DNA of 64,000 bases from Raillietiella orientalis (taxonomy: Eukaryota): contig JAYWIR010000040.1 of NCBI GenBank assembly GCA_036172245.1, positions 1,426,001 through 1,490,000 on the forward strand. The letters run 5' to 3'. A program made the position numbers and the translations under genes. This document shows, piece after piece, positions 35,701-48,500 of this stretch. Every line of letters starts with the position of its first letter. Within the stretch, counting starts at the first letter, position 1. Under the pieces are notes generated by a model that was not told where the DNA came from, did no database searches, and saw nothing but the letters and a program-made list of their open reading frames with translations.

Positions 35701-38700
35701 ATGGATGTGCGCTCTGTGTGACAAACGGCGACGTCATTCCACGTGAAAGTCGCGTGTTCGTGTTACTCCTTCCGGTTCCTCCGTGCCGTTTCTTCGAAGA
35801 GGAGGAGGAGGCGATGGTCATAGCACCCTCAAGAACTTCAGGTGTTATCTTGGGGCAGTATGGTATCTCCTGGTGACCCTGCAGCGTGCCTTCCCCGTTC
35901 GCAGGCCAAAAACACGCAGGGCACGTTCTTCGCCTCTAGAGAATCGGCCGTTTGGGCGAGATCTCTTACGTCTCCGAGGCCAGGAAGCGTCCGATTCTCT
36001 CTTATTTTCGTGAGGACGCACTTGCTTCAAAGCAGAGGAAGCTCATCAGGGACACCTCAGAGGAGCTCTTGCGCCCTTGGCGGACGAACGTGTCTGCGCA
36101 TGTGCGCCTCTTGCTTTATCCTTCCTAAAGTGACGCGTGTCCTGCTGTTGAGTCTCCATGCGGAGCTCAGCGCCCTCACTACGAGGATGCCCTAACGGCG
36201 AGAGTGAACCTCGGCAGTCGCGTTCTAGCAGATCCTCTTCCCTCCAAAGGAAAAAAAAGGAGGGCAGGGGAGAGAGCAACTTCCAGAGTCGCCCTCTTGT
36301 GCTTTCCCAGTACGGCTTCTTCGGCTGCTCCGCGGACCCTTCGGGGGAGGAGGAAACGACGCGTACCCTACCTGCCATATCCCTGATTCCGGCTTCAAGG
36401 AAGGGGAGAGTCAGGAAGGAAGCGGAAGACACTTCCCCTTGCCCTGGAACTACTCTTCCGTGCCCTGTTGAGCACCCGACTGCACAGCCGGCCGGTCCAC
36501 CGAGCACGGCGAATGTCGCACCTTTGCCCGACGCGGCCTTCCCACCGACGGACGGTCCACCTCCCTCCCCTCCCCCGTAGCGCGAGGAGGGACCGCAGCT
36601 CCTCCATATTGACTTCCCTCCTCGGGCTGCCCAGTGGGGAGGCGGCCCTCCCCCTTCCTTGCCCCTAACTGCCCTGCGATAAGGGCCTCTTTGTCCCTTG
36701 TGCCCGAAAGCTTCGCGAACTTGAATTGCCCGTTCTACAGCCCTTTACTTTAGTGAGTGCAAAGCCCCGGACCGAGAGGTCCTCCCCGCCCGGCTTTCTG
36801 GAGAAGCACGCCAAGGTGGTGCCGTGACGGGGGGGCTTGTGCCATCCGAATGAAAACGAGAATTCTCCAGTCACATCAAATTCGGAGCGACGTCAGTGGA
36901 ACGCGGCGCTCATGTGCTGGACCTCCTTTTTCCTCCACCATCCCCTCTCCTACCGGTGGCAAAACAGGACCCCGGACCCCGGCCTACTTTCACCTCCTGC
37001 TCTCACAAAGCAGAAAGAAAACCGCAGCAGCCGGTTTGTTGCGTACCCCGTTGGCGAAAGCACTGTCTTCTGGTTTCGACGGCGGTGGCGGCCCTCGGGG
37101 ATTCCGCGGTCAAGCGGAATGCTGCCGCTTGATCGACGGAGGATTTTTGCTTCGCATGCGATCTGGCGCGATTCCGCTGGCCTGGAGCGGCGCCCTAGCG
37201 TCTTCTTCGTTTCGGTCCAAGGGAAGGGCGCCAGTTTTCAGAGAGGCGCGCGCGGAGACCGCAGCCGCGGCATGTCGCTGGCGCGACTCCTCACCAGCCG
37301 GAGAGTTCCTAAGCAACGGATCCGGTCAGTTCGAGAGGGCTGGTGGGTGAGAGCGGTTCGTCCGGAGCGAAGCACCAGGAACAAACGAGCCCTCCGGGAT
37401 AGGCGTGGGGGATGCGGAAGTGCCGGGTGGATGGGACTGCCGCGCCTTCCCGAGGGACCTTCGGTGCCGCGACGGAAGCCCGAAGAGAGACTCTGAGCCG
37501 AGCTGCCTCCCAGAGAACGGGGTGTCCACCTGCGCGTCCGGAGGGAGCGAGGGAAGGAGTCACACCCTCCCGAGGAAGCTGACCATGCGGATCGACCCCG
37601 GACAGTGCGAGGTCGGTCGGTCTTGCCAGCGCGGTTGGCGCGGGAGCGTCTTCTTGTCATTTAGGGCGGTGCTCTCTCATGCTGCGCTCTCGCCATGGAA
37701 GTTTCGGTTCCTCCCTCGAGAGACGTGGTGGTAGTCCATCTCCTCCTCCTCCTCAGAATTCACTTCTTTTCTTTTCCTCTTCTCTTTCCTTCTTCGGAGA
37801 CTCAATCTTCAGCATCAGTTCAGCACGCCTCCAAGAAGTGGGTGGGATCAGGTGGGTCAGCCATCCGACCAGCAACAATTTCCATTAAGGGACCCTCGGA
37901 GGAATTCTTGCCCTACTGGTGACCGTGGTTCAGAGTTAGAAAGACCCCTCTCCCTTTCTTGCGGACGCGAAGGCTCCGCCGTGGCTAAAGCCTCTCTCTG
38001 GACCAAGATCACCTTTGGCTAAGAACGAAGGTTCTGGAACGAAAACACCCTCCTTCTCCAGACGTACACACAATCAGCTATGCCACGAAAATTTCCCGCG
38101 CCGACGAGGGCGCGCGTACACGTGGGCGGCACTCGTTCGTCTTCCCTCCTCTCCTGCGTCCCTACTACAGGATCCTACAGAGGAAGGCTTTTCCGCACGC
38201 AGCCAGAGAGCGTAGCAGGAGTGTGCTGAACGTAAGGAGGACGGCAAAGGGCATTGGGGATGTATGAGGTTAGAAGAGGAGTTTCCGTGGAGGCGATTAC
38301 TCTGCGAGGTGCCTCCTCTTTAGCAGCAGGGGCAGCCCCGAGTTGCCCGTCTGCCAGGGTCGGATGCTGGCGAAAGGCGTTGCTCCTTCAGAGCGGGAAG
38401 CTCCTGAGCACTCGAGGGTGACGCTCCGACGAACCTCCACCCCAGCCGCTGCCATCGCCGTGCCAGACCATCTGGAGGCGGATGTTACCCCAGGGGAAAT
38501 TCTCCGAACGGATAAAGGAACCGCCTCCGAGGAGTTTCGCACCGCAGCCTGCAGTCCTCTCATGCAGCATGCGTGGAAACCAGACCACGCCATCTTCCTG
38601 CATCCAAGGAGGACCCTAAGGAGCATTGCAGCTCCCCTTCGCGGATAAGACACCGGGTTGCTCACAGCAGCCCCTTCCCCTTCTGACATTTCCTCTCTCG

Positions 38701-39759
38701 CTCCCCCTCCCTTTCTCGATCCCCTCGGACCGAGAAAGGGGCCGATTCGATCTTTGGGGAGCGGAAGTACCGAAGTCTAGGCCCCTATCTCACTCATCAA
38801 CAAAAGTGCGCGAGTTATCTTGTCCACCACTTCCTCTTCCCTCCTCCTCTTACAGAAAAGGAACTCTCCATTCTCACGCAAATCTGTTAGATTGCAAAGT
38901 TTTCTTGCTCCTCATCCACCCTCGTTTCCGGCGTTAAGACCGGGTGACGAATCTCTTCCGCGGCACCGCCAATTCCAAAGTCCAGCTGCCACAGCCTCGC
39001 GTGGTCCTCCTCGCCGGACCCAGCCACTTCCATCACCTCCTTTTGCCCTCTTTCCTTCCTCCCTGCCCTTCGACATCCTGGCTCTCAGTGCAAAAGCCTC
39101 CTTGGTGCAGAGCGACCGCGAAAGGGAATGTCGAGCGAGAGACACGGCGATGTCCATGGAAACACCAACGAAAATTCACCAAGATGAGAATTCTGGTACT
39201 TCAGAGATTAATTGCATGTTTGATTGAATGCTCTAGTCGATACCTCTGTGCGTTACTTGATGTTATTCTTTTGTCGCATAAAATAATGCCTAACTGATGA
39301 ATTACTATGCACATTTTTTTCATTGCTGTTACATGCATTATTTATTACATTGTCCATATGCCATCCTGCTGTGAGAGGATGAGGGCTGTGACAGAACCAT
39401 GGAGAAGAATATGGATTCAAAAAGCATCACTTTTTTAAAAAAAAAGAAAGGAGGGGGGGGGGAATACAGTACTCAAATAAGACCTTTAAAAAAATAGTAA
39501 TAATAATAATTCAGTATTGCCATGATTCCATGATACGCAGAGAGAATGTGAAAAAGAAACGGAAATCATGAAATGAAACTCAATCGAAGATTATCGAGGT
39601 ACCAGAAAAATGCATTCGCGATGGTGAAACACGGTTGACTTGATTTGCATGAGCAAAATGAGAAATGTAATGGAGAATAAGGGATCCAAGGAAGTTCATC
39701 TGCAGTTTCGATTCTTAGTAAATTATTCAAAAAGAAGCGAACGTCAAAGTCAGATTTCG

Positions 39760-39885
39760 TGTGGGATGCCTCATCAGCGAACCAACGTTGACGAGATATT
39801 GGCAGCAGCTTGGAAGGAGGTAGACGAGAGAAATGAACTTTAAATAAATGCCTGCAAAGCTATGGAAAGTGTGCAAGTGCCGTGC
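39760..39885 (+). mobile_element. Possible Tc1/mariner transposase C-terminal remnant
   Basis: PHQRTNVDEILAAAWKEVDERNEL*INACKAM resembles the Tc1 C-terminal pattern AI..AW.EI....L.NAC.SM. Confidence 0.35.
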
Positions 39886-41294
39886 GGAGTCCACTGGATG
39901 GACTCGTGGACAAGGGTGACCTTGATGACCTCACGCTCCTGTCGAATCGAAGGCAATGGGCATAAGCAGGAGCTTCTCGCACATAACCCACACAGTCAGC
40001 TTTAACGTTAGGATCCGGATGCATCTTCCCAAAATCAACAAAGCAACGGATGAGAAAAGAAATTTATGCATTTCATCTGAAACATGATTCAACTTGCGGA
40101 CTGAAGGAGACATTTTTGATAAGCCAAGCCTTGGGTCACTGAAGAGCTGAATCAGTCAAACGCATGCTTGCGGCTCTTTTCCGTTACATTTCTATCCAAC
40201 CACTGATCCTGTGAGTTCCTGAATCAGTTAACGAACAGATTAGAGTGAGATTCCATTACCTGCAAACACTGTGAAGGCATCGTTTTACAATGGGCATGGA
40301 AAAACATATCATCTCAATACATAAGAGCACAATTTTCTTCGGCTTCCCTTATGATTGTCTGAGGATGAAGAAAAGAGGAAGTTGATGCACGATACATGAA
40401 ACTGAATGAAGATACTGATCTGAAAGCATTTACTTGGCAGAGAACTGAGGTAGAGAGAGATGAACGTGCAAAGAAGCAAAAACTGAACACCTCAGTCCTT
40501 CGTCTCCAACGGTTCAAGAGCATACTCATGGTGATTCTGTGGTAAGACAAAGCCTGGCTTAATCTGACCACTGGCGACTATCAAGGGTAAAAGTTTGGAA
40601 AGACTTTCAAAAACACGACTTTCATAAACAAGTCAAAAACTGAAAACAACAAACCAATTGTGATTAACCTCATAACTTGAATGCAGATATAAAATATATG
40701 GGCTTATGATGGTTATGATTCGTTATGGAAAACATGGAAACTGTACATTCGCATGGAAATTCAGTTCACTAATAGATGGCTTCCCTTGATGCCAGCTTTT
40801 TCTTCTCACTATAAAAGGTGATCCGCATCGATGAAAAAAAATGCGAAAAATCTGTTTATCTGATACATATCAAAGATGCTGCAAGACGCATGGCCTAAAA
40901 ACCGGTTACTTATTCGATACTACAAGAAAAACAAAACGAGGTGCAACCCCGGAACGACTAAAGAAATTTTTTTTATATGCCACAAGTCAAATAGGTGGGT
41001 ACCAGGTTGCTTACACTATTAGGAAACAATTTGAGTCACGGAAAGGCTCAAAAATCATACAGAAATTTTGAAAAGCCATCACAAGGATGCCACAAGTGAA
41101 ACTGCAGCTTCTACAATGCAATACAAGCCTCTGAGTTTACCCAATAACATAACAAAAAGTATTCACATGAAACCCAGTTTTATTTCGTTCAAAGGCAACA
41201 TGGAGATGTATCTGTATGAAATCTAAGTTGTGTATCTTTTTATTCAGCTAAGCATTCATCGACATGAATTAATATTGCACAAATCTAGCCCAGT

Positions 41295-42883
41295 TCAAGG
41301 AATGTACCCAAAGTATTTTTTCAACTGCTCCAAAAATATAAACGTAAGTATGGTGTGTGGCCCAAGTCTAATAAAGGCAGGAACATAACCCTATAACAAT
41401 GGCATTAAATTAGCAAATGAAATCATACATACTTTGAAAAATCCCTTAACACCTAATGAGGCAGTATAGCGCACCAAGTGACTTAGATTCTGAAACACAT
41501 CAAGTAGCTAGAACAACTTGCAATACTACATACTTGATATTCACCCGGTTTTGCATTCATTGCTCTAGTTTTGAGCACATCCAAGGGCTGTGTGAAGCTT
41601 GTAGCTATCAAACCCTACATTAAGATATACAGATCTGCACATGAATGGAGAGTTTTATACTCACAGCACACAAGCTACATATAAAATGTGTACTTAGTGT
41701 ATCTTCAAACCAAGGAGTTTCAAGCAGCAAATACTTCAATTGATCATAAAAAGATATCTGACCAATTGTCATTAGCATAGCTCGAGCAGTAGCCATTGAA
41801 GCACCAGAAAAAAGTGTGGTTACACTTTCTTCTCTGAGAACTCGTCTCAAACCATCCAATGCATGCTTATAGCTAGGCAAGTGCTCATGCAAACAGCAAA
41901 CTCAAAGAAGCTTACTTTCTTCTTTGATCAAATGGTAGTTTGATATCATTTTGCATGCGTACATTGATCATATCAGCTGGTGTACCAACAAACCCACCAC
42001 AGGCACCTGCTACCCCTGCCACAAGGACTTTTTGATAAAATGGAATTCCATGAGAATCCAACAGGTGTTGCTTACTAATCTAAGAATACAGAAGCAACTT
42101 TGTTACAAATTAATCCAAAAAAAAATTTTTTTTATTTGATTATTTGGAATTTTTGAAGAAAATATTTCATAAATAAACACCTTACAGAGATGCTTGGGAA
42201 GCAACCTTTCCAGCTTTTGCTGATATTTCCACCAAACATGGAAATTATCACTTTCATTTTGCTGGACTTCAAAAACTGCAAATCCGTGAACTTACTTCAT
42301 AAATGCCAAATCTAGTAGTTGAATAAGTTGCCTGACGGAGAAGAGATGCAGTTAATCCGTTGTAAAGAGCAGAAACGCCCTGTAACCTTGCAATGTTATA
42401 CAATAATCTGAAGACATTACTGCTGTGTCCTTCTTGTTGTGTTTGTAAATGGACCTAATGAATACAAATGTTTAAATTCCATCTTCAAAACAAAAACAAT
42501 ACTGCTGCCCTTTATTGGTTAGCAATTTTAATTAGATTCTGAGAAATTAGAAATCAATCCCTATATCATTTTCTGATTTAAAATGATGCATTTGAGTTTC
42601 AGTAAACCAATAACCTTCCAAGAATGCTGGATACCAACTAGCCAAATACATGCTCAAATAGTTTTTAAGAACGGATTTTAATGAACACTTCAAAAGTAAG
42701 AAATGGCATCAGAATTCTGGTATTCAACTGAAACTTTCATGCAACTCAAATATAATCAGGCCTTTTGCAATTCACAAAGCAGAGTACCTTCAACAGATCC
42801 AAAGGGTGAGTGAAGCAAGCTGCTGCAGAAGAGGCAACTCCTCCAAAATACCACCTTCCTAAACGTTCCTTTGAGGCTGCCAT
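41295..42883 (-). CDS. SLC25A10: Mitochondrial dicarboxylate carrier (SLC25 family), 286 aa, 7 exons: 42883-42788, 42454-42296, 42079-41916, 41872-41665, 41614-41534, 41489-41433, 41390-41295
   Basis: MAASKERLGRWYFGGVASSAAACFTHPLDLLK|VHLQTQ...LYNGLTASLLRQATYSTTRFGIYE|...GTPADMINVRMQNDIKLP...RRN|YKHALDGL...GQISFYDQ...|...TQPLDVLKTRAMN...|...FFK|GYVPAFIRLGPHTILTFIFLEQL. It has three Px[D/E]xx[K/R]-type carrier signatures and DIC-typical motifs. All introns are GT-AG and in frame. Confidence 0.97.
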
Positions 42884-44109
42884 ATATTATGCATTTACAG
42901 ATTTTTGAAAATCCTAAATTAGAAACGTTGAATGGTGAGAACCGAGGTCAATGACATGCATTTACGAACCCGGTGCTGTGTCATTGGATTAATTTTTGCT
43001 TCACTTAATTAAATCGAAGGGAGAGGAAAACCGTACAATGACCAACAGAACACTCAGCGACTGCATGTACCATTTAAAAAGCAGCGTACTAAATTTGAAA
43101 CGTGTATCGATTTGTTGATGGTTTCCATGATTGCTTTCCCAGATTCTAGTAATTACATGAGTGGGTCGATCATGAACTCAAAGATATGCGTGAATAAGCA
43201 TGAATATTCATCCAAACCGAGAAATTCCCAGAACTACACAAGGATTGTCATCGTCTTCGTGCTACATTAAAATTACCGAACGACACGAGGAAGACGTGGA
43301 CCATTTGGCACAGCTGCACACGCTCGTTAGGGACCGAAAAGATTTCAATCGGCAGTGGGGACAGATCACGGCTGCTTAGGTCAGATCACGACGAAATTCT
43401 CAAAACGTGCATATTCGTTGGAACAGAGAAAAAAAAAAAAGGGGGGGGGGGTAACTTAACACCCATAGATCGTATTGCTTTCCATTATTTACACAGAAAC
43501 TCGCGGTCCGGGGCGGCGGACGCAAATCGATGACACAGCACACAAACAGGAAGGTGTGTGTGGCCCCCCTGAGCATGTCCTGCCGTGGTTGGCAAAACCA
43601 GTTGTTCAAGGCAGTAAACAAACGCCATTTTCGTTTCTGGAGACTGATTGCCTCATTCTCTTTTGGGGGGGGGGGGGGGGAAAGGAGCAGAAAAAGGGTG
43701 TCGCCAAAGCAGGGATCTATCGTTTCACACAACTCAGGGAATGGCTGAGTGGATCGAAATTTCAACATCCGCTTTAACAGCAACAGCAACAATAACAAAT
43801 TACAAGTGCACTTTATCCTTCGTGTAATAAAGCCCTTCAGCAGCAGCACGACCATTTCGCATCAGCATTCTACGATGGCAGCTGTCCCTTCCAGCTTCAC
43901 GACCAACTGGAACTGATACAGTGGCCGATCCTGCACTCAGCGGCACGACTCTGAATTCTAACGAAGCAGACTCTTTCACAGCAGCCAAACAGAAAACCCT
44001 TCGCAGGCACAGCCCAAGTGAAACACCGAAGACTGTTAGGAATTCCAACGAAGAATACGGAAAAAGTAATACAAGTACAAAAGAGTGCATATCTTCATAC
44101 TTTGCATTC

Positions 44110-44340
44110 TAGGAGGGGTTGTCGAAACAGCATCAAGGCAGTCAATTCGAAAAGAAACGGATCTTGGATGACCAAATTATAGAATCGCTGTTCTGAAAGA
44201 TCATTGCGTCAGATACCGTCATCGCGATGTCAGCTTTTCCATTCTCTAAAATGTAAGAAGCAATAGAATTATTAATTAGGTGGTATTCTAACGTCATTTT
44301 AAAATCCGGACTGGAAAGCGACACATTACGGTAATCGAGG
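44110..44340 (-). mobile_element. CR1/L2-like reverse transcriptase remnant
   Basis: DYRNVSLSSPDFKMTLEYHLINNSIASYILEN resembles the RT motif NYRPISL.S...K.LE..I...I..YL. Confidence 0.5.
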
Positions 44341-46199
44341 AGATTGAAATGAGATTCATTTAAAAAGAAAAAAAAAAAAACTTGATCAAATTCAAATTAG
44401 ACGCACGGATGTATCAAACATAGATGGTGGGAAAAATTTTGTTTCTTTAGGGAAAACCGCTGATGATTCTTACGCATAATTCAAAAAGCCCAGCCAGTCC
44501 ACGTTTTGATTCCTGTTTTCCGGACATATGAAACGATTCTAATTGGGGACGAAAATCTAACGATTCGAAATCAAAACGAAAATTTCGCTTCACACTTCAC
44601 CGTTTTAAAAACTCTCTCTTTCCTAATATGTCCTTTCCCTACCATGCTGATGTCTCATTACACTCCATCTCTCGGCCTTATTGAACAGTGTGTGCAGCTG
44701 GAGGAACAACGTACCTCGTGATCCAGAAAAATTCAAAGTCGAATGAGCATGGCATCCCTTTGTTTAGAAAGCGCTCCAGCAGGGCCTAGATTCCATAAAG
44801 TATTCTGGACAGCAGGATTGCGAAATTTTCTTATCCTCGAATATATTCGTTAATAGTCACAGATGCATTGAAAGGCGTATTCTAGATTTTTTGTTTTCTT
44901 TTTCTCCCGATTTTGCAACCTTATCTGATAACCTCTTGCTTCCAGCCCAAGCGCCTGAAAACGACGGAAAGAACGAAAACAAACTTGACGACCGCGAAAC
45001 CCATCATCGACGATCTCAGCCCACCGAAGAGGGAAAAATCAATCAATGGGTGCGGATAGCGACCAGGCATCTTTTCCCCAGACGATCTTTCCCATCACAA
45101 GGCGAAGGCACCCTCACAAAAAGGTAGAGCGGCCTGCGAAGGTTCTTCGCTTTTCTTTGCTTATGCACCCGCTCATGGTTACACTCATGCGCGCGAGCAA
45201 TCTTCTTGCCTCACATCGGCTAGCCCCTATTCTTATCCGCGGGAAATGTGCTTTCCTAACCCAGAGCCCAAGTACCAGTCCACCTATTTTTTGAAGGCCA
45301 TCCAGTTAAAACATCCCAGGTTTCAGGTGCGTGATCTCCTCAAGAACATGGCGTAACGGGTCGAGTCTCCTCGAGACGGCCCGTCCACAAGTGTCCCCTG
45401 GAAGATATGGCAAGCACCGGTAGGTAGTCGTAGCCTTCAGGACCTCACCGTGATTCCCCTAGTTACTGCATGCGTTAAAGCACGCAGTAACTAGGGAATC
45501 GCCGACCAATGTATTTGGAGCTGTCTTAAGCGACTGAAGATTGTGGAGATCTCTGTCCCCCGAAGGAGAGGAATTGTTTTGACCCAGCGGCGAGCCTCCG
45601 ACTCGAGCTGCACGCTAATGGGCGCCCTCCTCCGCCAGCCTGCTTGGGAGGAGGCACTGCGTTCCACCTTTTCCTGGCCTCCCTGTAGTTCCTCCCTCTC
45701 AACAAGGAGCAGCTGGTCTATAGCGCGATATCTCTGCCATGAGGGAAAAGAAGGTGCGGAGCAGAATGGAGCATTTGCTCGTGCTTGTGCTTTGCAAATG
45801 AGGGATGCAGGAAGTGACCCGGTATTTCCATTCCCTCCGACCTCGCTGTCCGTCTGGCATTTCCGTTTCATTCCTCTAGCCGAAGGTGTGGTCCCAGTAG
45901 GGCTTCTTCATCTCGACTGGCAAACACAGGCTGGCGCGTGTCTCCAGTGGCTGCCCGATTCGCTCCGTCTATCTCTCAGGGATCTTTGGTTCTCCTGATG
46001 CTTCGCCGTTTGTGTGGGATCCTGTGACCATCGCCCTGCTGGATGCCGGCTCCCTTCTGTCCTTCGCCTCGCCTCCTCCAGAGCTCCTTCATTCTTCTGT
46101 TCCTGTCGGTTTGGCCGACTGGGGAACGAGTGTTCTCTCTCCACGCTGGGATTCGAGGTCCGGAGGGTGTGCCGAAAGGATGAACCACTCCCTCTCTCT

Positions 46200-46420
46200 G
46201 CACCCTGACGGCTTTTCCTAGCAACTGAGCCGCGCGTCGGTGGCAGACGGCCCAGAACAGGTTCCAGTTGGGTAGTGCCTGCCATACAACTGGGCCAATC
46301 GGGGCGTATCCTAAAGAGATCGGTTTATTTAGATCGATAAACGTTGTCTCTGGCATGCCAACAGAAGATTCGTAGGGGCAGGCGAAGTCGACTGTCCATT
46401 GATTTCCTGTCACGCCAGAG
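46200..46420 (-). mobile_element. LINE RT domain-7-like remnant
   Basis: KPISLGYAPIGPVVWQALPNWNLFWAVCHRRAAQL resembles YLG.PIG......NW...L.KI..RL. Confidence 0.3.
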
Positions 46421-46699
46421 GCATCGAATCCAGCAGTTCGGGATAAATTGACAGGAGGCCATCGGCACCCACTTTTCTCGCTCAGAGACCTGTTGACCTG
46501 GGAGACTGGCTCGGCGTGGCTCCTGGCGATGGCTTCCTCGGCCGGCTCAGCGGTTGGTCCAGGGACTCTCATGCTGCTGACGCCGTCCCCAGTGCGGACT
46601 ATTCGCGCAGGTCAAGCCTCGCCGCGCAAGTCGCGAGCCTCTACCCACAGGAGATGCGCCGACGCAGAACAGAGATCGCCACTTCCTGCGTGGGGATCG

Positions 46700-47985
46700 C
46701 CACAGACAGATCGCTCCGGACACTTGCCCTCGTGGCAAATCTCTGGAGCACCTGGTGCCAACCTGCACGCCTTATCGTCCAGAGAGCCGCTGGCAGCGTG
46801 GGACTCGCAGTCCCTCCTTGCGCGCCGTCCACGCAGCCTCATCCACTGCGGACTGCATCTGCGACAGGTGGCCACGCTGGCCAGGAAAAACGGATGGATC
46901 TCGTGCCGCCTCGCAAACGGTGGTGCCTGGATGCAGGGAACCGTTCGCACACGGGTGAGGATCCAGGAGCCAAGCGCGGAACAGGTGCGACGTTTCCTGT
47001 AGGCGCGTAACAACAACTGCACGCTCCGGGAAGATCCCGCGAAGAGTGCATGGACAAGCAGAACCTCCTTCGCCGTCACGCTGCGCTCCCTTAGGGAACA
47101 CATGGACAGCATCCTTACGGACAGATAGGAGGTCTCTGTGGAGATCTCCGGAAAGAGAAGAGGACTGGGCGAGTGGACGGCGGCTAGCTCACAGACGCTG
47201 TGACCCCGATTGCTCGACCTCGTGAACTTTTGCTCTGGGACATCCTACTGGATATTCCAGAGGAAGACCTGCAGTGGCCTCCGGTGCTCATGAATACCCG
47301 CACCCTCCCCTTCAACTGGAAGGAGTCTGCGTTGACGCTGCTGCACTGGGACCTCCTGCGCAACGCCCGCCGGCATCACTGGACATGGGAGAGTGTGAAC
47401 CCAAACTGCGAGGTGCGGGGTGCAGGAATCCCTCCCGCACCTTCTAGTGGATTGTGTTGCCGTCCGGCCCCTTTGGGAACGCTTTCCGGTGACCCTTGGA
47501 ACCCACGGCTGCAATGCCAGAGATGTGTGATACGACTCTTCTTTGTGCGGGGCACCCTGAAGCCAGCGGCAGTCCTCGCAGCACTGTGCTGTCTCCGTGG
47601 AATTGTGGCAACGTGGAGCGATGCCAACGGAGGAACCAACAGGGACGCCACCCACTTCGCTCTTCAACTTCTATGGATAGCGGGAGGGCAGGTGGCCCTA
47701 CCTGGACATTTATATAAAGCAAGATCTTGCCGGCATCTCCAAAGGATGCAGAGGACAACCTCTAGAAGACTGTGATCCCTTCCCAAACCCACCCCCAAAT
47801 TTTTCTATTTTATTTTGTTTCTTTTTCTTTTGTTTGGAGCCCCCTCCCCCTGCTGCTGTGGAGGACCTCGCCGGTCTGCGTACCGGTAACGCGGCAGGCT
47901 TCCGTTAAATTGCACGTGGCTGGATTACAGATCCATACACAGAGACTGGGATTGTTTATTTTGTACACGAAATAAACGCCCCGGC
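46700..47985 (+). mobile_element. 3' end of an L1/Tx1-like LINE (zf-RVT region, T-rich 3' UTR, AATAAA); copy 2
   Basis: LPFNWKESALTLLHWDLLRNARRHHWTWESVNPNCEVRGAG is zf-RVT-like. Clear inverted nucleotide homology to 24160-25140. AATAAA at 47971-47976. Confidence 0.8.
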
Positions 47986-47989
47986 TCAA

Positions 47990-48500
47990 GCCGGCGAGAA
48001 TCCATCTTGTTCCTCCTAGCTGTGCCGAACGCCTTTTCCACCCTCGAACAGGCAGCAGATGTCCTTGTTCGATTTCATTTCTTCAGTACTAGGTCTGGTC
48101 GCAGGAGAGAATCAATTCCTGGAGCTCTCTGGTTGGTGGACACTAGGGTTCACTTTGCTTCATCCACCGCGGCCATCCTGATCAATTCCTGGATCGCGTC
48201 GTGTCGCGCAGTGGACAGACCAAAGTGCCTCCTGTATCGGTTCAATAGACGAAGCAACGTTCCGTCTTTCATCGGGCAGAGCAGACATGGGCGACCCTTT
48301 GGTTCCATTCTGGGCCCGGCCCTGATTGGTAGGGCCTTTACCCGGACCGCTCGGATGAATCTGTAACCCTGGAACCTTGGGTACTCCCCGTTCGTTGAGG
48401 AAGTAGCTCGAGGCGTGGCGCGTGCCCACACACTGCATGGCTCTCCCTTGACTGGGAGGATCTTGAACGAGGGATCGCCATGCGCGCCCTCTCTGCCCTC
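47990..48500 (-). mobile_element. R2/NeSL-like non-LTR retrotransposon C-terminus (CCHC plus restriction-like endonuclease), decayed
   Basis: YRFIRAVRVKALPIRAG...PCLLCPMKDGTLLRLLNRY...STARHDAIQELI...NQRAPGIDSLLRPDLVL shows the zinc-knuckle, RHD and RPDLV motifs characteristic of RLE elements. Confidence 0.8.

Noticed and set aside
40385..40545. Mariner-like KKQK...LMVILW segment
   Set aside because: Too short and degenerate, with no other catalytic motifs in register.
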